DNA of 64,000 nucleotides from Candidatus Cloacimonadales bacterium (GCA_963663475.2 CAXXJV010000001.1:512001-576000); one strand, 5' to 3'; shown: positions 10,281 through 20,614, counted from the stretch's first letter. Notes: generated by a model not told the origin, from the letters alone. Program-made: numbers and translations.

Positions 10281-12035
10281 ATGTTTAAAAGTAATTCTAT
10301 ATTTAGTCGGATTTTAATTAGCTATATCTTAATATTCCTAGTTCTCATATCTCTAATCTACTTTATCTCATTTAGATTAGTAAAAGAACAGCATCTAGCA
10401 CGTCTTGAGGAAAGCTTAGTGCAACAGGCTAAATCTACCTTCCAGCTAATTGAGTATGATTTAGAAGGAGATAACTACTCTGCCTTGCAGGAACGAGTTC
10501 AACAGATTTCAGAGACTATCCAAGCTAGGATAACAATCATTGATATCAAGGGTAAAGTAGTCTTAGAATCTGATGCGGATCCTCAAGAAATGGAAAATCA
10601 TAAGGAACGGTATGAGTTGAGAAAAGCACTTAATGGGGAGATTGCCTCTGCTATCCGTTACTCTGCTACCATTCATGAAGAAATGCTATATGTAGCAGTA
10701 CCTATCATTGAAAATAATAGAATTACTTATGTATCCCGCCTTAGCATACCTATAACAGAGATTAGCCTGCTTCTACATGATTTTAGAAAGGGTATTCAAC
10801 AAGCCTCGATTATTCTTTTCTTGTTTGCCCTAATCGTGGCCTATTTCTATACAAAACAATTAACAAAACCTATCTTGAAATTAAAAGAAATTTGCTATGA
10901 TATTAGCCAAGGAAACTTAAACCGAAAGGTTGAAATTAAAAGTACTGACGAGCTAGAAGATTTTAGTAAAAGCTTTAATCTCATGGCTGAAAAATTAGCC
11001 ACTACAATTTCTGAACTAGAAAACAAAAGTTTCACTCTTGAGAATATCATCAATTCCATTAATGAAGTTCTTTGGGTACAAGATTTTGAGGGAAGACTAG
11101 TCTTATCAAATTCCAGCTTTCAAAAACTAATCAAAGCCAAAAACTATTGTAATAAATATTATTGGGAACTTATTCATGATCCAGAAGTTAAAGCCATAAT
11201 ATCCAAGATTACACCTCAATCTTCAGATATAACTACCGAAATAAAGCTTCTTGATAAATGGTTTATTCTTTCCAGCTCTAAAATAGATGATAAGCAAGTA
11301 ATTTTTGTCTTGCATAATATCTCAGAATTAAAAGAAACTCAGCAATTAAAGAGAGATTTCATTGTTAATGCTAGTCATGAACTTAGAACTCCTTTAACTG
11401 CCATAAAGGGCTTTGTAGAACACCTTATTGAAGATGCAAACCCTACTCAACTTAAATATCTTAATATTATTGATAGAAATTCAGAAAGACTAATCTATTT
11501 GATTAATGATATTCAAGCTTTAGCAAAACTTGAACAAGGTCCTCAACTTATTGTTTCCAAAATTAAGCTTGGCCATTTCTTAGACAAAACTAAGAGTATT
11601 TTTGAAGATAAACTCAAAAAAAATAATCTCAGCTTAGATTTATCTATTCCTGAAGACCTACCAGACTTAGAAGTTGATAAATTCAAAATAGAACAAGTCT
11701 TTGTTAATCTTATAGATAATGCTATTAGATATACTTCTCAAGGAAGAATAGTCATAAGTGCTAGAATTCATGAAGAAAAAATGCTAATTTCTGTAAAAGA
11801 CAGTGGAGAAGGAATACCTAAACAACATTTGAGTAGAATATTTGAAAGATTCTATGTTGCTGATAAATCTAGAAATAGAAAAAATGGAGGAACAGGATTA
11901 GGATTAGCTATAGTAAAACATATTATTAATCTCCACATGGGTAGTATTTATGTAAAATCTGAACTCAACAAAGGTTCAGAATTTATTATTGAACTACCAC
12001 TAAAACAGGATTCTGCTTATGAAAGAGATAAGTGA
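10281..12035 (+). CDS. phoR: PhoR-type sensor histidine kinase (2 TM, HAMP, PAS-like, HisKA, HATPase)
   Basis: SHELRTPL, NLIDNAIRY, DSGEGIP, IFERFY, GGTGLGLAIVKH. Confidence 0.88.
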   Translation: MFKSNSIFSRILISYILIFLVLISLIYFISFRLVKEQHLARLEESLVQQAKSTFQLIEYDLEGDNYSALQERVQQISETIQARITIIDIKGKVVLESDADPQEMENHKERYELRKALNGEIASAIRYSATIHEEMLYVAVPIIENNRITYVSRLSIPITEISLLLHDFRKGIQQASIILFLFALIVAYFYTKQLTKPILKLKEICYDISQGNLNRKVEIKSTDELEDFSKSFNLMAEKLATTISELENKSFTLENIINSINEVLWVQDFEGRLVLSNSSFQKLIKAKNYCNKYYWELIHDPEVKAIISKITPQSSDITTEIKLLDKWFILSSSKIDDKQVIFVLHNISELKETQQLKRDFIVNASHELRTPLTAIKGFVEHLIEDANPTQLKYLNIIDRNSERLIYLINDIQALAKLEQGPQLIVSKIKLGHFLDKTKSIFEDKLKKNNLSLDLSIPEDLPDLEVDKFKIEQVFVNLIDNAIRYTSQGRIVISARIHEEKMLISVKDSGEGIPKQHLSRIFERFYVADKSRNRKNGGTGLGLAIVKHIINLHMGSIYVKSELNKGSEFIIELPLKQDSAYERDK

Positions 12036-12516
12036 TCAAAGCTATGACCAAAAGATAGCTGAACTCTTTCCCTTAGTAAAATCAATTGCAGCTAAGTACT
12101 CTTCTTATCAGCATCCTTTAGAAGATCTTATTCAAGAAGGTATGATTGGAGTAATCAAAGCAGTTGATAATTATGACCAAGATAAAGAAACTAAATTCTC
12201 TACCTACGCTGTCTATTGGATAAAAAAATATATCTTAGACTACTTAGCCAGGGATGCTAACTACTCTCACTATGAATATCAAGAAAATCTCCATGATGTA
12301 AATATTGAAGATTTAGAAACAACTGAAAACAATATCTCTATTGAATTTCCCCAAGACTTTCCTCAACTAGAAAAACAAGTTATTATCCAACTTTACCAAC
12401 ATGAATTTACCCTCTCTGAAGTTGCTAAACAACTAAATCTACCAAGAGAAAGAGTTAGACAACTTAGAGAAAAAGCCCTTAGAAGATTGAAAGCTAATGG
12501 TTTTATTTTAGATTAA
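12019..12516 (+). CDS. Small sigma70-family factor (regions 2 and 4 only)
   Basis: EDLIQEGMIG...KFSTYAVYWI (region 2); TLSEVAKQLNLPRERVRQLREKALRRLK (region 4.2). Confidence 0.85.
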   Translation: MKEISDQSYDQKIAELFPLVKSIAAKYSSYQHPLEDLIQEGMIGVIKAVDNYDQDKETKFSTYAVYWIKKYILDYLARDANYSHYEYQENLHDVNIEDLETTENNISIEFPQDFPQLEKQVIIQLYQHEFTLSEVAKQLNLPRERVRQLREKALRRLKANGFILD

Positions 12517-12616
12517 TTATTTTGGAATTTGTTGATTAGGATTGTTTTACTTGTTTGCTTGAATTATATTTAGCTTAACAAGAATTTTTTCTGCTAAAAA
12601 GGGGAGAAAGAGTCTG

Positions 12617-12640
12617 CATGCAGACTCTCTCAGAGGTACT
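12617..12640. terminator. Palindromic hairpin between convergent genes
   Basis: agagtctgcatgcagactct is a perfect palindrome; a pyrimidine run follows on the minus strand. Confidence 0.5.
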
Positions 12641-12940
12641 TGAGTATTCGTACATTTAGACTTTAGCCAAACCAAACTGAAGAAATTAACCTAACAGACC
12701 CTATATGGGAGAATATTTCAGACAAGCTATTTGTCTTTTCAAAAGAGTTAAATATTTATTTATTTAATATCAAATAAGTAATACCACACACTCTTCTTTT
12801 TTAAACATATAATACTAATACTAATGAAATTACTTTCTTGCATGGAAATAAGCCTCCTTATAGTAGCAAGACTTCCTGCTGTCATCATATATCCCCTATC
12901 ATGATAATAGGGTTGATTGGAGTCTTTTTTTAGCCTTTTA

Positions 12941-13294
12941 TCAACTATTCACCACCGATAGTAGATTATAGACATCATAAGGTTTGTTAACTACAATTCC
13001 ACCTTGGCTATAGACTTTCGTCATAATATCTTCATCTGTTATGGCTTGAATTACTACACTTTTCTGTAAATAACTATTAGCCTCCAGATAAGAGCAAAAT
13101 ATTCTATTCTCTTTTATCCTATAATCATAATCTATAATGATCTTAAAATAATCATTCTGAGCAAAGAGAAGTGTACATTCACTTAGACTTTGTGGGGAAT
13201 CTACCTCATATCCAGCTTCTTTAAAGATAACTGTCAGTAGATACCTATGATCATCATTTGATGTTGCAATTAAGATTTTTTTATTCATATTCAT
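12941..13294 (-). CDS. Atypical single-domain response-regulator receiver (CheY-like)
   Basis: KKILIA start, IIID, NKPY; acidic pocket degenerate. Confidence 0.6.
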   Translation of the reverse strand: MNMNKKILIATSNDDHRYLLTVIFKEAGYEVDSPQSLSECTLLFAQNDYFKIIIDYDYRIKENRIFCSYLEANSYLQKSVVIQAITDEDIMTKVYSQGGIVVNKPYDVYNLLSVVNS

Positions 13295-13570
13295 GCTTAT
13301 CTATATTACATTACTTGTTCCACTTTTAATAATCTTCAATATTTATTGTGTATTTACCTATATATCAGCTATTTAGAAATCTCTCATGAAATTTATTTTT
13401 AGACTAGAATCTTAAGAGTGTTACCCTAAAGAAACACATTTTTACCTCTCTAAGTAACAGTGTAACAAAAAAGCTAGTCCAAAGTCTTCAGTTAATCCCA
13501 GCAAATAATCATAGACAAAATTACCCCTATTTTCTAATTTGCATCAAAAGAGAATATCAAGAGGGAGATA

Positions 13571-14494
13571 ATGAAAATATTATTAGATAATGAATTAGCA
13601 ATACAGCAACTACCAGAATCAAAAGCAACTTTCTATTTTACAGATGGAAAGAATGTTATTTTTGCAGGATTAACTAGCAATTTATTCACTAGAATCAATA
13701 AATTGTCTGAACAAAGAAACTCAAATGACAAGTTGAAGGAAATGTGGTCTAAGGCTGTTGATTTGATTTTTGATTTAAGATTAAGTGACATAGACAGCTT
13801 GGTCTGGTATAAGAGCCTGGTTCGCTCATTTACCCCCTACTACAACGATTACATCAATTTATGGGAATCTTATAGCTATTTAGCAATAGACCTTTCTACA
13901 CCCCCTTATTTGAGCATTAAAGATAATACCCAGTCTGATAAATTTTATATTGGTCCTTTCAGATCTAGATTCTTCATTAGCGATGTATTCTCAATTTTTA
14001 ATAAATACTTAAAACTTCCAATCTGCCCTGACAACCCAGATGCTTGTGAATTAAAAGATAGTGAAGCCTGTATTTCAACCTGTACTAAAGATAATCTTCC
14101 TGTCCTTAAAAATCTGATTCATAAATATTACCTGTCTGCTAACAACGATTTTGCCGACAGATTACTTCAGAAATATCAAGATTTTCATAATGACCTAGAA
14201 TTTTTAAAAGCTGAAGAAGTTAAGATTGAGACTAAAATAATCTTAAAATACTATAAGTTCCTTAATTTCTTAAATAAAACTAAAGATTTAAATTCATCCT
14301 TTGAATATGATAATAGAGTTTACTTTATTGAAGATGGACTTCTAGCTGAAGTATCTGGCCAAGATAGTATAGATTTTCGTTCTCTCAACAGACGTATTCC
14401 TTATAGAGAAAATGAAATGTTAGCTGTTAACAAGAATCAGTTGGATGAAAGATGGATTGTCTTTAACTTTTTAGAGGAAGTTAAATCCAAATAG
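13571..14494 (+). CDS. UvrC/Cho N-terminal-like protein with degenerate GIY-YIG domain
   Basis: LP..ATFYF..VIFAGLTSNLFTRI, P.YN, FYIGPF, four-Cys cluster, UVR-like LEFLKAEEVK. Confidence 0.65.
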   Translation: MKILLDNELAIQQLPESKATFYFTDGKNVIFAGLTSNLFTRINKLSEQRNSNDKLKEMWSKAVDLIFDLRLSDIDSLVWYKSLVRSFTPYYNDYINLWESYSYLAIDLSTPPYLSIKDNTQSDKFYIGPFRSRFFISDVFSIFNKYLKLPICPDNPDACELKDSEACISTCTKDNLPVLKNLIHKYYLSANNDFADRLLQKYQDFHNDLEFLKAEEVKIETKIILKYYKFLNFLNKTKDLNSSFEYDNRVYFIEDGLLAEVSGQDSIDFRSLNRRIPYRENEMLAVNKNQLDERWIVFNFLEEVKSK

Positions 14495-14537
14495 TGCATT
14501 TGAAATTGCTGAAGAGTGCTACTACACTATCTGGGGT
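14485..14537. repeat. MITE-B remnant (both ends, internally deleted), overlapping the stop codon of the upstream ORF
   Basis: atccaaatagtgca...gaagagtgct...tacactatctggggt resembles the termini of 34184-34349 and 60696-60859. Confidence 0.55.
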
Positions 14538-14544
14538 TAACAAT

Positions 14545-14926
14545 ATCCCTGTAAGAGAATAAATAGTTTAGCCCTGGGTAAATTCCTAAAGGGATTGCAA
14601 GTCTGGGTTATGATGCATATAAAAACCCTGTAAGGTTTTAAATTATGGACTTATGGCATCCTTGCCATAAGAAAAATGTGGAAGCAAGGATGCTTCCACT
14701 CCATATAAAATCAGCAAGTTACTTATGATAATAACGTGTTAGAATTATATTAAACCCTTACAGGGTAATATCTTTGGGCTAGCCATCATTACCCAGGGTT
14801 GCGATACTTTCAGCATCTTACCCTAGGCTAAATTATTTTATCCCTTTCAGGGATTTTTGATGAATCATTATAGTAATGAAATATTCTCATTTTCCTATAT
14901 TATTCCCACCAGACTTGAACTTGAGC
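14545..14926 (-). mobile_element. MITE-A/REPIN-like copy whose central spacer carries extra REP-like hairpins
   Basis: 14748-14926 is near-identical to 48287-48464; 14545-14640 is the diverged other arm; ttatggcatccttgccataa and gtggaagcaaggatgcttccac lie in the middle. Confidence 0.82.
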
Positions 14927-15001
14927 AGATTATTATTGAGTTTTTTACACCAGAAATCCCTTACCTACGCTCGAGGAAATCTGGTCTTATCAATACCCTT
15001 A

Positions 15002-15082
15002 TCATCCTTATTCCTTCCTTTACAGTCTTTCGATGAAAGTCCCAGTTTCATCGAAAGACTGTAAAGGAAGGAATAAGGATGA
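15002..15082. repeat. Perfect 37-bp inverted repeat with 7-nt loop
   Basis: tcatccttattccttcctttacagtctttcgatgaaa-gtcccag-tttcatcgaaagactgtaaaggaaggaataaggatga; second copy at 34578. Confidence 0.93.
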
Positions 15083-15240
15083 ATAGAGGAGAATATAGTT
15101 TTTCTCAGTAATTTTTGTGAAATAAAATAATACTATTGTCAAGGATCTACTGCATTATTTGGGTTTAAGTCCGAGGTCCTTTACCTAGGTTGAGGAACTC
15201 CAGTCTACTCGAATCCTATCAATCTTTTTAGCTAAAATAA

Positions 15241-15264
15241 AAGGGTGAGATTAATCTCACCCTT
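15241..15264 (-). terminator. Intrinsic terminator after pilC
   Basis: aagggtgagattaatctcaccctt palindrome with T-rich tail on the minus strand. Confidence 0.7.
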
Positions 15265-15286
15265 CTTTATATTATAAATAATCTTA

Positions 15287-16539
15287 TTATTTAAGACCTT
15301 CAGACATAGCTTCACCAAGGTTAAAGATTGGTAAGTAGATCACAACAATAATTGAACCTACCACACCAGCCATAAGAATAATCAACATTGGCTCGATGAG
15401 TGAAGTTAATTTTTCAATAACTGAATCAATGATTTTATCATAGAATTCAGCAGTTTTACTTAAGAGTTTATCTAAGTCTCCAGTTTCTTCACCAGTAGAA
15501 ATCATTTGGAGAAGAGTAGAAGGGAATACGTTAGTTGATCTGAAAGCCTGGGCAATACCATAACCTTCTTTAATCATAACACGAGAGCGTCTAACAGCTC
15601 CTTCGATAACAGCATTTCCAACCACATTTTCAACCAACTCTAAAGTATCCATAATCGGAACACCAGCTTTCATAAGAATAGAGAATGTTCTTGAGAATTT
15701 ACTCATAACAGAGGATTCTACAAGACTTCCCACAACTGGTATTTTGAGTTTAATCTTATCAATTATCCATCTTCCTTTATCAGTTAAATTGACAACAAAG
15801 AAGAAAAGTCCACAGCAATCAAAATACCAACAGTAGCTAAAAGATTACCTTTAATAACGTTACTAATAGAGATAGCAACTCTTGTAGCTATAGGTAGCTC
15901 AGCGCCAAAGTTAGCATAAATATCACTAAACTTTGGAATGATATAGTAGAAAAGGAACCAAACAACGAAAATTAAGAAGATTAAGATGAAGACAGGATAA
16001 GTCATGGCTGAATTAACCTTTCTTCTTGTATCTTCAGTTCTTTCTAAGTTTTCGGCCAATTCATCCAATACAGTGTGCAAGGTACCTGATACCTCACCAG
16101 CTTTAACTAGTGATACGTATAGAGGGTTAAATACACCAGGATGTTGTTCGAAAGCTTCAGATAAAGAATAACCCTTACGGATATCATCATCGATTTTCTT
16201 TAATACTTTTTTGAACTTTGGATCTTTCTCTTCTCTTCCGAGGTCAGATATTGCTTTTTCAATAGTAAGACCAGCCGAAAACATTGTAGATAACTGACGA
16301 GTGAAGAAAACTAAGGTTTTTAGCTTAACAGCAGTTCTCATCTTATAGATAGCTAACATTATCTTATCAAAGAGAGATAGTTTCCCCTTAAAAGATCCAT
16401 CATTAGCATTTCTAACTGAGATGATAGTACCACCATCAGTAGCTAATTTATCAATAGCTTCATCCATTGTGTTAGCCTTGATAATACCTTCTTTTCTAGC
16501 ACCTTTCGCATCTTTTATTGTATACGAGAAATTAGCCAT
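15287..16539 (-). pseudogene. pilC: Type IV pilus platform protein PilC/GspF, split by a 1-bp frameshift near 15810 (real or sequencing error)
   Basis: N-half 15784-16539 (FTRQLSTMFSAG, GEVSG, AMTYP) and C-half (GEETGDL, LIEP, YLPIF). Adding one G at gtg-g[g]a-ctt gives ...IAVGLFFFVVNLTDKGRWIIDKIKLKIPVVG. Confidence 0.88.
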
Positions 16540-16556
16540 ATTATACCTTTATTTTT

Positions 16557-18275
16557 TTAATCGTTAATAGTAAGTTTAATTACTTCACGAATTGATGTTA
16601 TACCTTTTCTCATCTTTCTTAAAGCAGCATCATGAAGAGTTCTCATACCTTGTTCAAGCGCTGTTTCTTTGATAATATCTTGGTTTTGTTCAGCAAATAT
16701 TTGAGCTCTTACTTCAGGAGTAATAGCCAATAATTCAAAGATACCTTCTCTACCTGCATAACCAGTATTATCACAATGAACACAACCAGCACCAATTTTG
16801 AAATCAATTTCTTTTGCTTCTTCTGGACTAATACCTGCTTGCAGTAGTTCAACATCGGTAGGAGTATAGTCTGTTATACAGTTTGGACAAATTTTTCTGA
16901 CCAATCTTTGTGCCATAACAAGACATAAAGATGAACCAACAAGGTAAGGTTTGATTCCAATATCAATCAGACGAGTGATAGTTGAAGGAGCATCATTAGC
17001 GTGAAGTGTTGAGAAAACTAAGTGACCAGTAAGAGAGAATTTAACCGCGATGTCAGCAGTTTCAAAGTCTCTAATCTCACCAATAAGAACTATATCAGGG
17101 TCTTGACGCAAAACTGAACGAAGAGCTGAAAGGAAAGTAAGTCCAATCTCATCTTTTGTTTCAATTTGAGTAATACCTTGCAGTCTATATTCAACAGGGT
17201 CTTCAACAGTGATAATATTTGTTTCAATGTTTTCAATAGTTTTAATAGCAGCATGTAATGAAGTAGATTTACCAGAACCAGTAGGACCTGACACAATAAT
17301 AATTCCATAAGGTCTTTTGATAACCTTTTGGAAAATTTCTAAATCATCAGCTTCAAAACCAAGAGTAGAAAGTTTGAAACCAAAATCACCTTTATCAAGA
17401 AGACGTAACACAGCTTTTTCACCTAAAACGGTTGGAGCTATAGAAACACGGACATCCACAGATTTCAAACTAGTTTTCAGTCCCATGTGACCATCTTGTG
17501 GTAAACGTCTTTCAGCAATATTAAGCTTAGCCATAACCTTGATAAGAGAAATAAGACCAGCATGCATAGCAATTGGTGGATTCATAACTTCTCTTAAAGC
17601 ACCATCAACACGGAAACGGACTCTAGTACTTTTTACCAAAGGTTCAATATGAATATCTGTAGTTCCAGCTTTAATAGCTTCTGAAATGATAAGATTAATC
17701 ATCTTAACAACAGGAGCATCAGCCTTTGATTCAGAACCACTATCAATGGAAATTTCGTTATCATCACTATCAACAGCTACGAAATCGAAATTACCAACAG
17801 CATCTTCAACTTGTGAAGTAGTTCTAATAGACTTATAATACTTCTCTAAAGCATCAGTAAGTAAAGAATCACCAATAAGCATTGGCTCAACATTCTTATT
17901 TAAGACCTTTTTTAAACTATCTAAGATATTGAGATCATCAGGGTCAGTCATAGCAACGATACAAGTATCATCAACTACTCTGAGACATAAAACCCTATTT
18001 TCATAAGCAAATGGTTCTGAAATTAAGGAAACTGTTTCTACATCAAGTTCCATTAATTCAGAAGAATTCACGATAGGAATGTCTAATTGTAGTGAGAGAC
18101 ATTCTAAGAGTTGTTTCTCTTGAATATATCCCAACTTGATTAAAGTTTCTCCAAGCTTAAGAGCAAAGTTATCTTGCTTAATCAAAGCCTCTTTGATTTG
18201 CTCTTCAGTTGCAAAACCTTTATGAACTAATATTTCACCTATTCTTGCGAATTGAGGATTAAATGACATAATCAA
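16557..18275 (-). CDS. pilB: Type IV pilus assembly ATPase PilB/GspE
   Basis: N-terminal RIGEILV and KLGETLI (MshEN-like), GPTGSGKST, TVEDPVE, RQDPD, CPNC/CVHC zinc motif. Confidence 0.93.
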   Translation of the reverse strand: MIMSFNPQFARIGEILVHKGFATEEQIKEALIKQDNFALKLGETLIKLGYIQEKQLLECLSLQLDIPIVNSSELMELDVETVSLISEPFAYENRVLCLRVVDDTCIVAMTDPDDLNILDSLKKVLNKNVEPMLIGDSLLTDALEKYYKSIRTTSQVEDAVGNFDFVAVDSDDNEISIDSGSESKADAPVVKMINLIISEAIKAGTTDIHIEPLVKSTRVRFRVDGALREVMNPPIAMHAGLISLIKVMAKLNIAERRLPQDGHMGLKTSLKSVDVRVSIAPTVLGEKAVLRLLDKGDFGFKLSTLGFEADDLEIFQKVIKRPYGIIIVSGPTGSGKSTSLHAAIKTIENIETNIITVEDPVEYRLQGITQIETKDEIGLTFLSALRSVLRQDPDIVLIGEIRDFETADIAVKFSLTGHLVFSTLHANDAPSTITRLIDIGIKPYLVGSSLCLVMAQRLVRKICPNCITDYTPTDVELLQAGISPEEAKEIDFKIGAGCVHCDNTGYAGREGIFELLAITPEVRAQIFAEQNQDIIKETALEQGMRTLHDAALRKMRKGITSIREVIKLTIND

Positions 18276-18310
18276 TCCTTTTATTGTTTATAAAATTTCT
18301 AAGTTTATAG

Positions 18311-18339
18311 ATACCCGATACCCCTAAGATATCGGGTAT
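18311..18339. terminator. Stem-loop between the Ig-repeat lipoprotein gene and pilB
   Basis: atacccgata...tatcgggtat, 10-bp inverted repeat. Confidence 0.5.
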
Positions 18340-18355
18340 AATTAATATATTTTTA

Positions 18356-20614
18356 CTAGTTAGCAGGGTTTGGACCAGGGTATCTTAAGATTAAAGTATT
18401 TCCTCTTTGAGTAATACCAGTACCTAAAACTCTACCTTCAATTTGAATTTGTTGTTGACCAGGTGTTATACCATCAGGTGATGGAAGACCATAGTCTCTG
18501 AAAATTTTAAGTCTGATTCTGGCATAACCGTCAGCAGCAGTAGTTGCTTCATTAGTTTGAGTGAAAGTAACTTGATAATCGTAGAAATATCCTCTATCAG
18601 CGGTGAATGTCCAGAATACACCAGGAGTAGGGAAACCTTGACCATCTCTAGCTCTAACAGTAACGATAGCCCATTGGAAATCACTACCAGAAGCACCTGG
18701 ATCTCCATCCCAGAAATCAATGTTACCAGGAGTAACTTGCATATCTGTATCTGGTGCATTCCAAGGAACTTCTAAAATATAACTTTCATTGATATCTTCA
18801 CCATAACCACCAACACATCTTGCATTTAATTCAAGATCTGAATAAGTTAAGCTACCACTATATGTTAATAATGTATAAGAAGTACCTATTGATGAGGTAG
18901 AGTCAATTTGACTTGCTCCAGCATCATTTGAAGATACTTCAGGACCATTACCAGTATAACCATTAGCTTGGATAGTAGCAGGTAAATTATCTTGGTTAGT
19001 TAATTCATAGAAGACTGAAGTGCCATAAGAAACTGGGTTATTATAGATATCTTTAACTGAAACAGCTAATAATAATTCCCACATACCGCCACCAACATTA
19101 GTACCTTGGTCAAAGGCAACATCACCCCAGCTAATATTAGCAGGAGGACCAGCTTGGATAAGAATGTTAGCTTTTGTAGCAGTAATAGCACCTTCAATTT
19201 GTGTATTAGCTAAAGCTTCTCTTTGATTTGCAACTCGGAGCTGGATAACACCAGAACCTGTACCAGCAACAACTGATACAGCAGCCTGACCACCACTAGA
19301 TGTAGTATAAACTACACCATCTTCATCTTGATTACTCAAGTAAGCAGGTTGTCCATTATTAGAACCAGGAATATTAGAGTTGATAATCTTGAAATAGATA
19401 TCAGTTGCATTATCAATTAAGTTTCCGTTGATATCAAAAAGATTAACGTATAAAATCTTTGAATCAACTCCACCAGTATTAGCAACATTTAGTGTTATTT
19501 GATCTGTATTATTAAATCTGATTGAGTATAATTCATCTGATTTGATAGTGAAAAGAGCTTCTGTAGATAAAGTATCATTATTAGCAAAAGCCTTAATAGT
19601 AGCAGGACCTGCAGATAAGCCAGGAGTAAATACAACTTTAGCAATACCATCAGCATCTGTATTCTGGGTATATGATTCAGAAGTATTATAGAAGCTACCT
19701 AAGTCAGTTTCAAATCTGATAACTTTATTAGGACTTGCATTATTATAAGCATCTTTAAGGTTAGCTTGGATAACAATATTATATTCATTATCTAAGGTTG
19801 TTTCTGATGTTTCTTCAATAATTTCAAGATCATCATCACCTAAATAAGTAAGTAAATCTAAGTTAAATGGATTTCCTGGTTTAACATTGAAGTTTCTAGA
19901 AGCAGATAATGTATCAATACGTACACTAACTGATCCCATACCAGCTTGTTGACCAACGTTAAGGTTTAATGGAGCCATTCCGTTTTGAGTAGGAATAATT
20001 GCAATAGAACCCATGTTAGTTTCACCATCATCAGCTACAAAGAAACCTCTATCTGTTTCGAATCTAATCATAGTTGAATCTGCTACAGGATTAGTTAAAG
20101 CATCAAAAACTCTAGCTCTAACAAGAACAGATTGGTTAACGATAAATTCATTAGAAGAAATTTCAATTGTTAAATCACCAACTGGTGGTTTTTCAGCAAT
20201 AGTAACCTTGATAGATTTAGCATCTTCACCAGTGATTTCAGTAGCATCATATTGTGAATAAGTAAATACTGTAGCAGTGATAGTTGCTTCACCTACTTCA
20301 CCTGCATCATAGAAAGGAACCTTAGCAATTCCTGATTGATTTGTGTTTTCAGCTGTAACAATACTTCCGCGATCAGTTTGGAATCTAACTGGAATTTCAG
20401 CAGCACCAAAATTATTGTTATCTTTTACATAAGCACTGATATAAGCAAAAGTAACATTATTATCAGCATATATTAAATCAACAGTTGATTCGAGTCTAAC
20501 AATCTTATACTCAGCATCAGTAGATGTTGGAAGATCTCTGTCATCACAACCACTCACTAATAACATAGCAAATGATAAAAGAATCAACAATATTGTAAAA
20601 TTTTTAATTTTCAT
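18356..20614 (-). CDS. Lipoprotein with tandem bacterial Ig-like (Big_1/invasin-type) domains
   Basis: Lipobox LVSGC; repeated V.D..NN, F.TD.GS/F, T...G.A, AT-I-A patterns. Start set at MKIKN after GGAG. Confidence 0.72.
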   Translation of the reverse strand: MKIKNFTILLILLSFAMLLVSGCDDRDLPTSTDAEYKIVRLESTVDLIYADNNVTFAYISAYVKDNNNFGAAEIPVRFQTDRGSIVTAENTNQSGIAKVPFYDAGEVGEATITATVFTYSQYDATEITGEDAKSIKVTIAEKPPVGDLTIEISSNEFIVNQSVLVRARVFDALTNPVADSTMIRFETDRGFFVADDGETNMGSIAIIPTQNGMAPLNLNVGQQAGMGSVSVRIDTLSASRNFNVKPGNPFNLDLLTYLGDDDLEIIEETSETTLDNEYNIVIQANLKDAYNNASPNKVIRFETDLGSFYNTSESYTQNTDADGIAKVVFTPGLSAGPATIKAFANNDTLSTEALFTIKSDELYSIRFNNTDQITLNVANTGGVDSKILYVNLFDINGNLIDNATDIYFKIINSNIPGSNNGQPAYLSNQDEDGVVYTTSSGGQAAVSVVAGTGSGVIQLRVANQREALANTQIEGAITATKANILIQAGPPANISWGDVAFDQGTNVGGGMWELLLAVSVKDIYNNPVSYGTSVFYELTNQDNLPATIQANGYTGNGPEVSSNDAGASQIDSTSSIGTSYTLLTYSGSLTYSDLELNARCVGGYGEDINESYILEVPWNAPDTDMQVTPGNIDFWDGDPGASGSDFQWAIVTVRARDGQGFPTPGVFWTFTADRGYFYDYQVTFTQTNEATTAADGYARIRLKIFRDYGLPSPDGITPGQQQIQIEGRVLGTGITQRGNTLILRYPGPNPAN

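Noticed and set aside
14876-15064. Short ORFs 14876-15064, 34216-34452, 34478-34684 and 58056-58268
   Set aside because: Translations of MITE or palindrome sequence with no RBS
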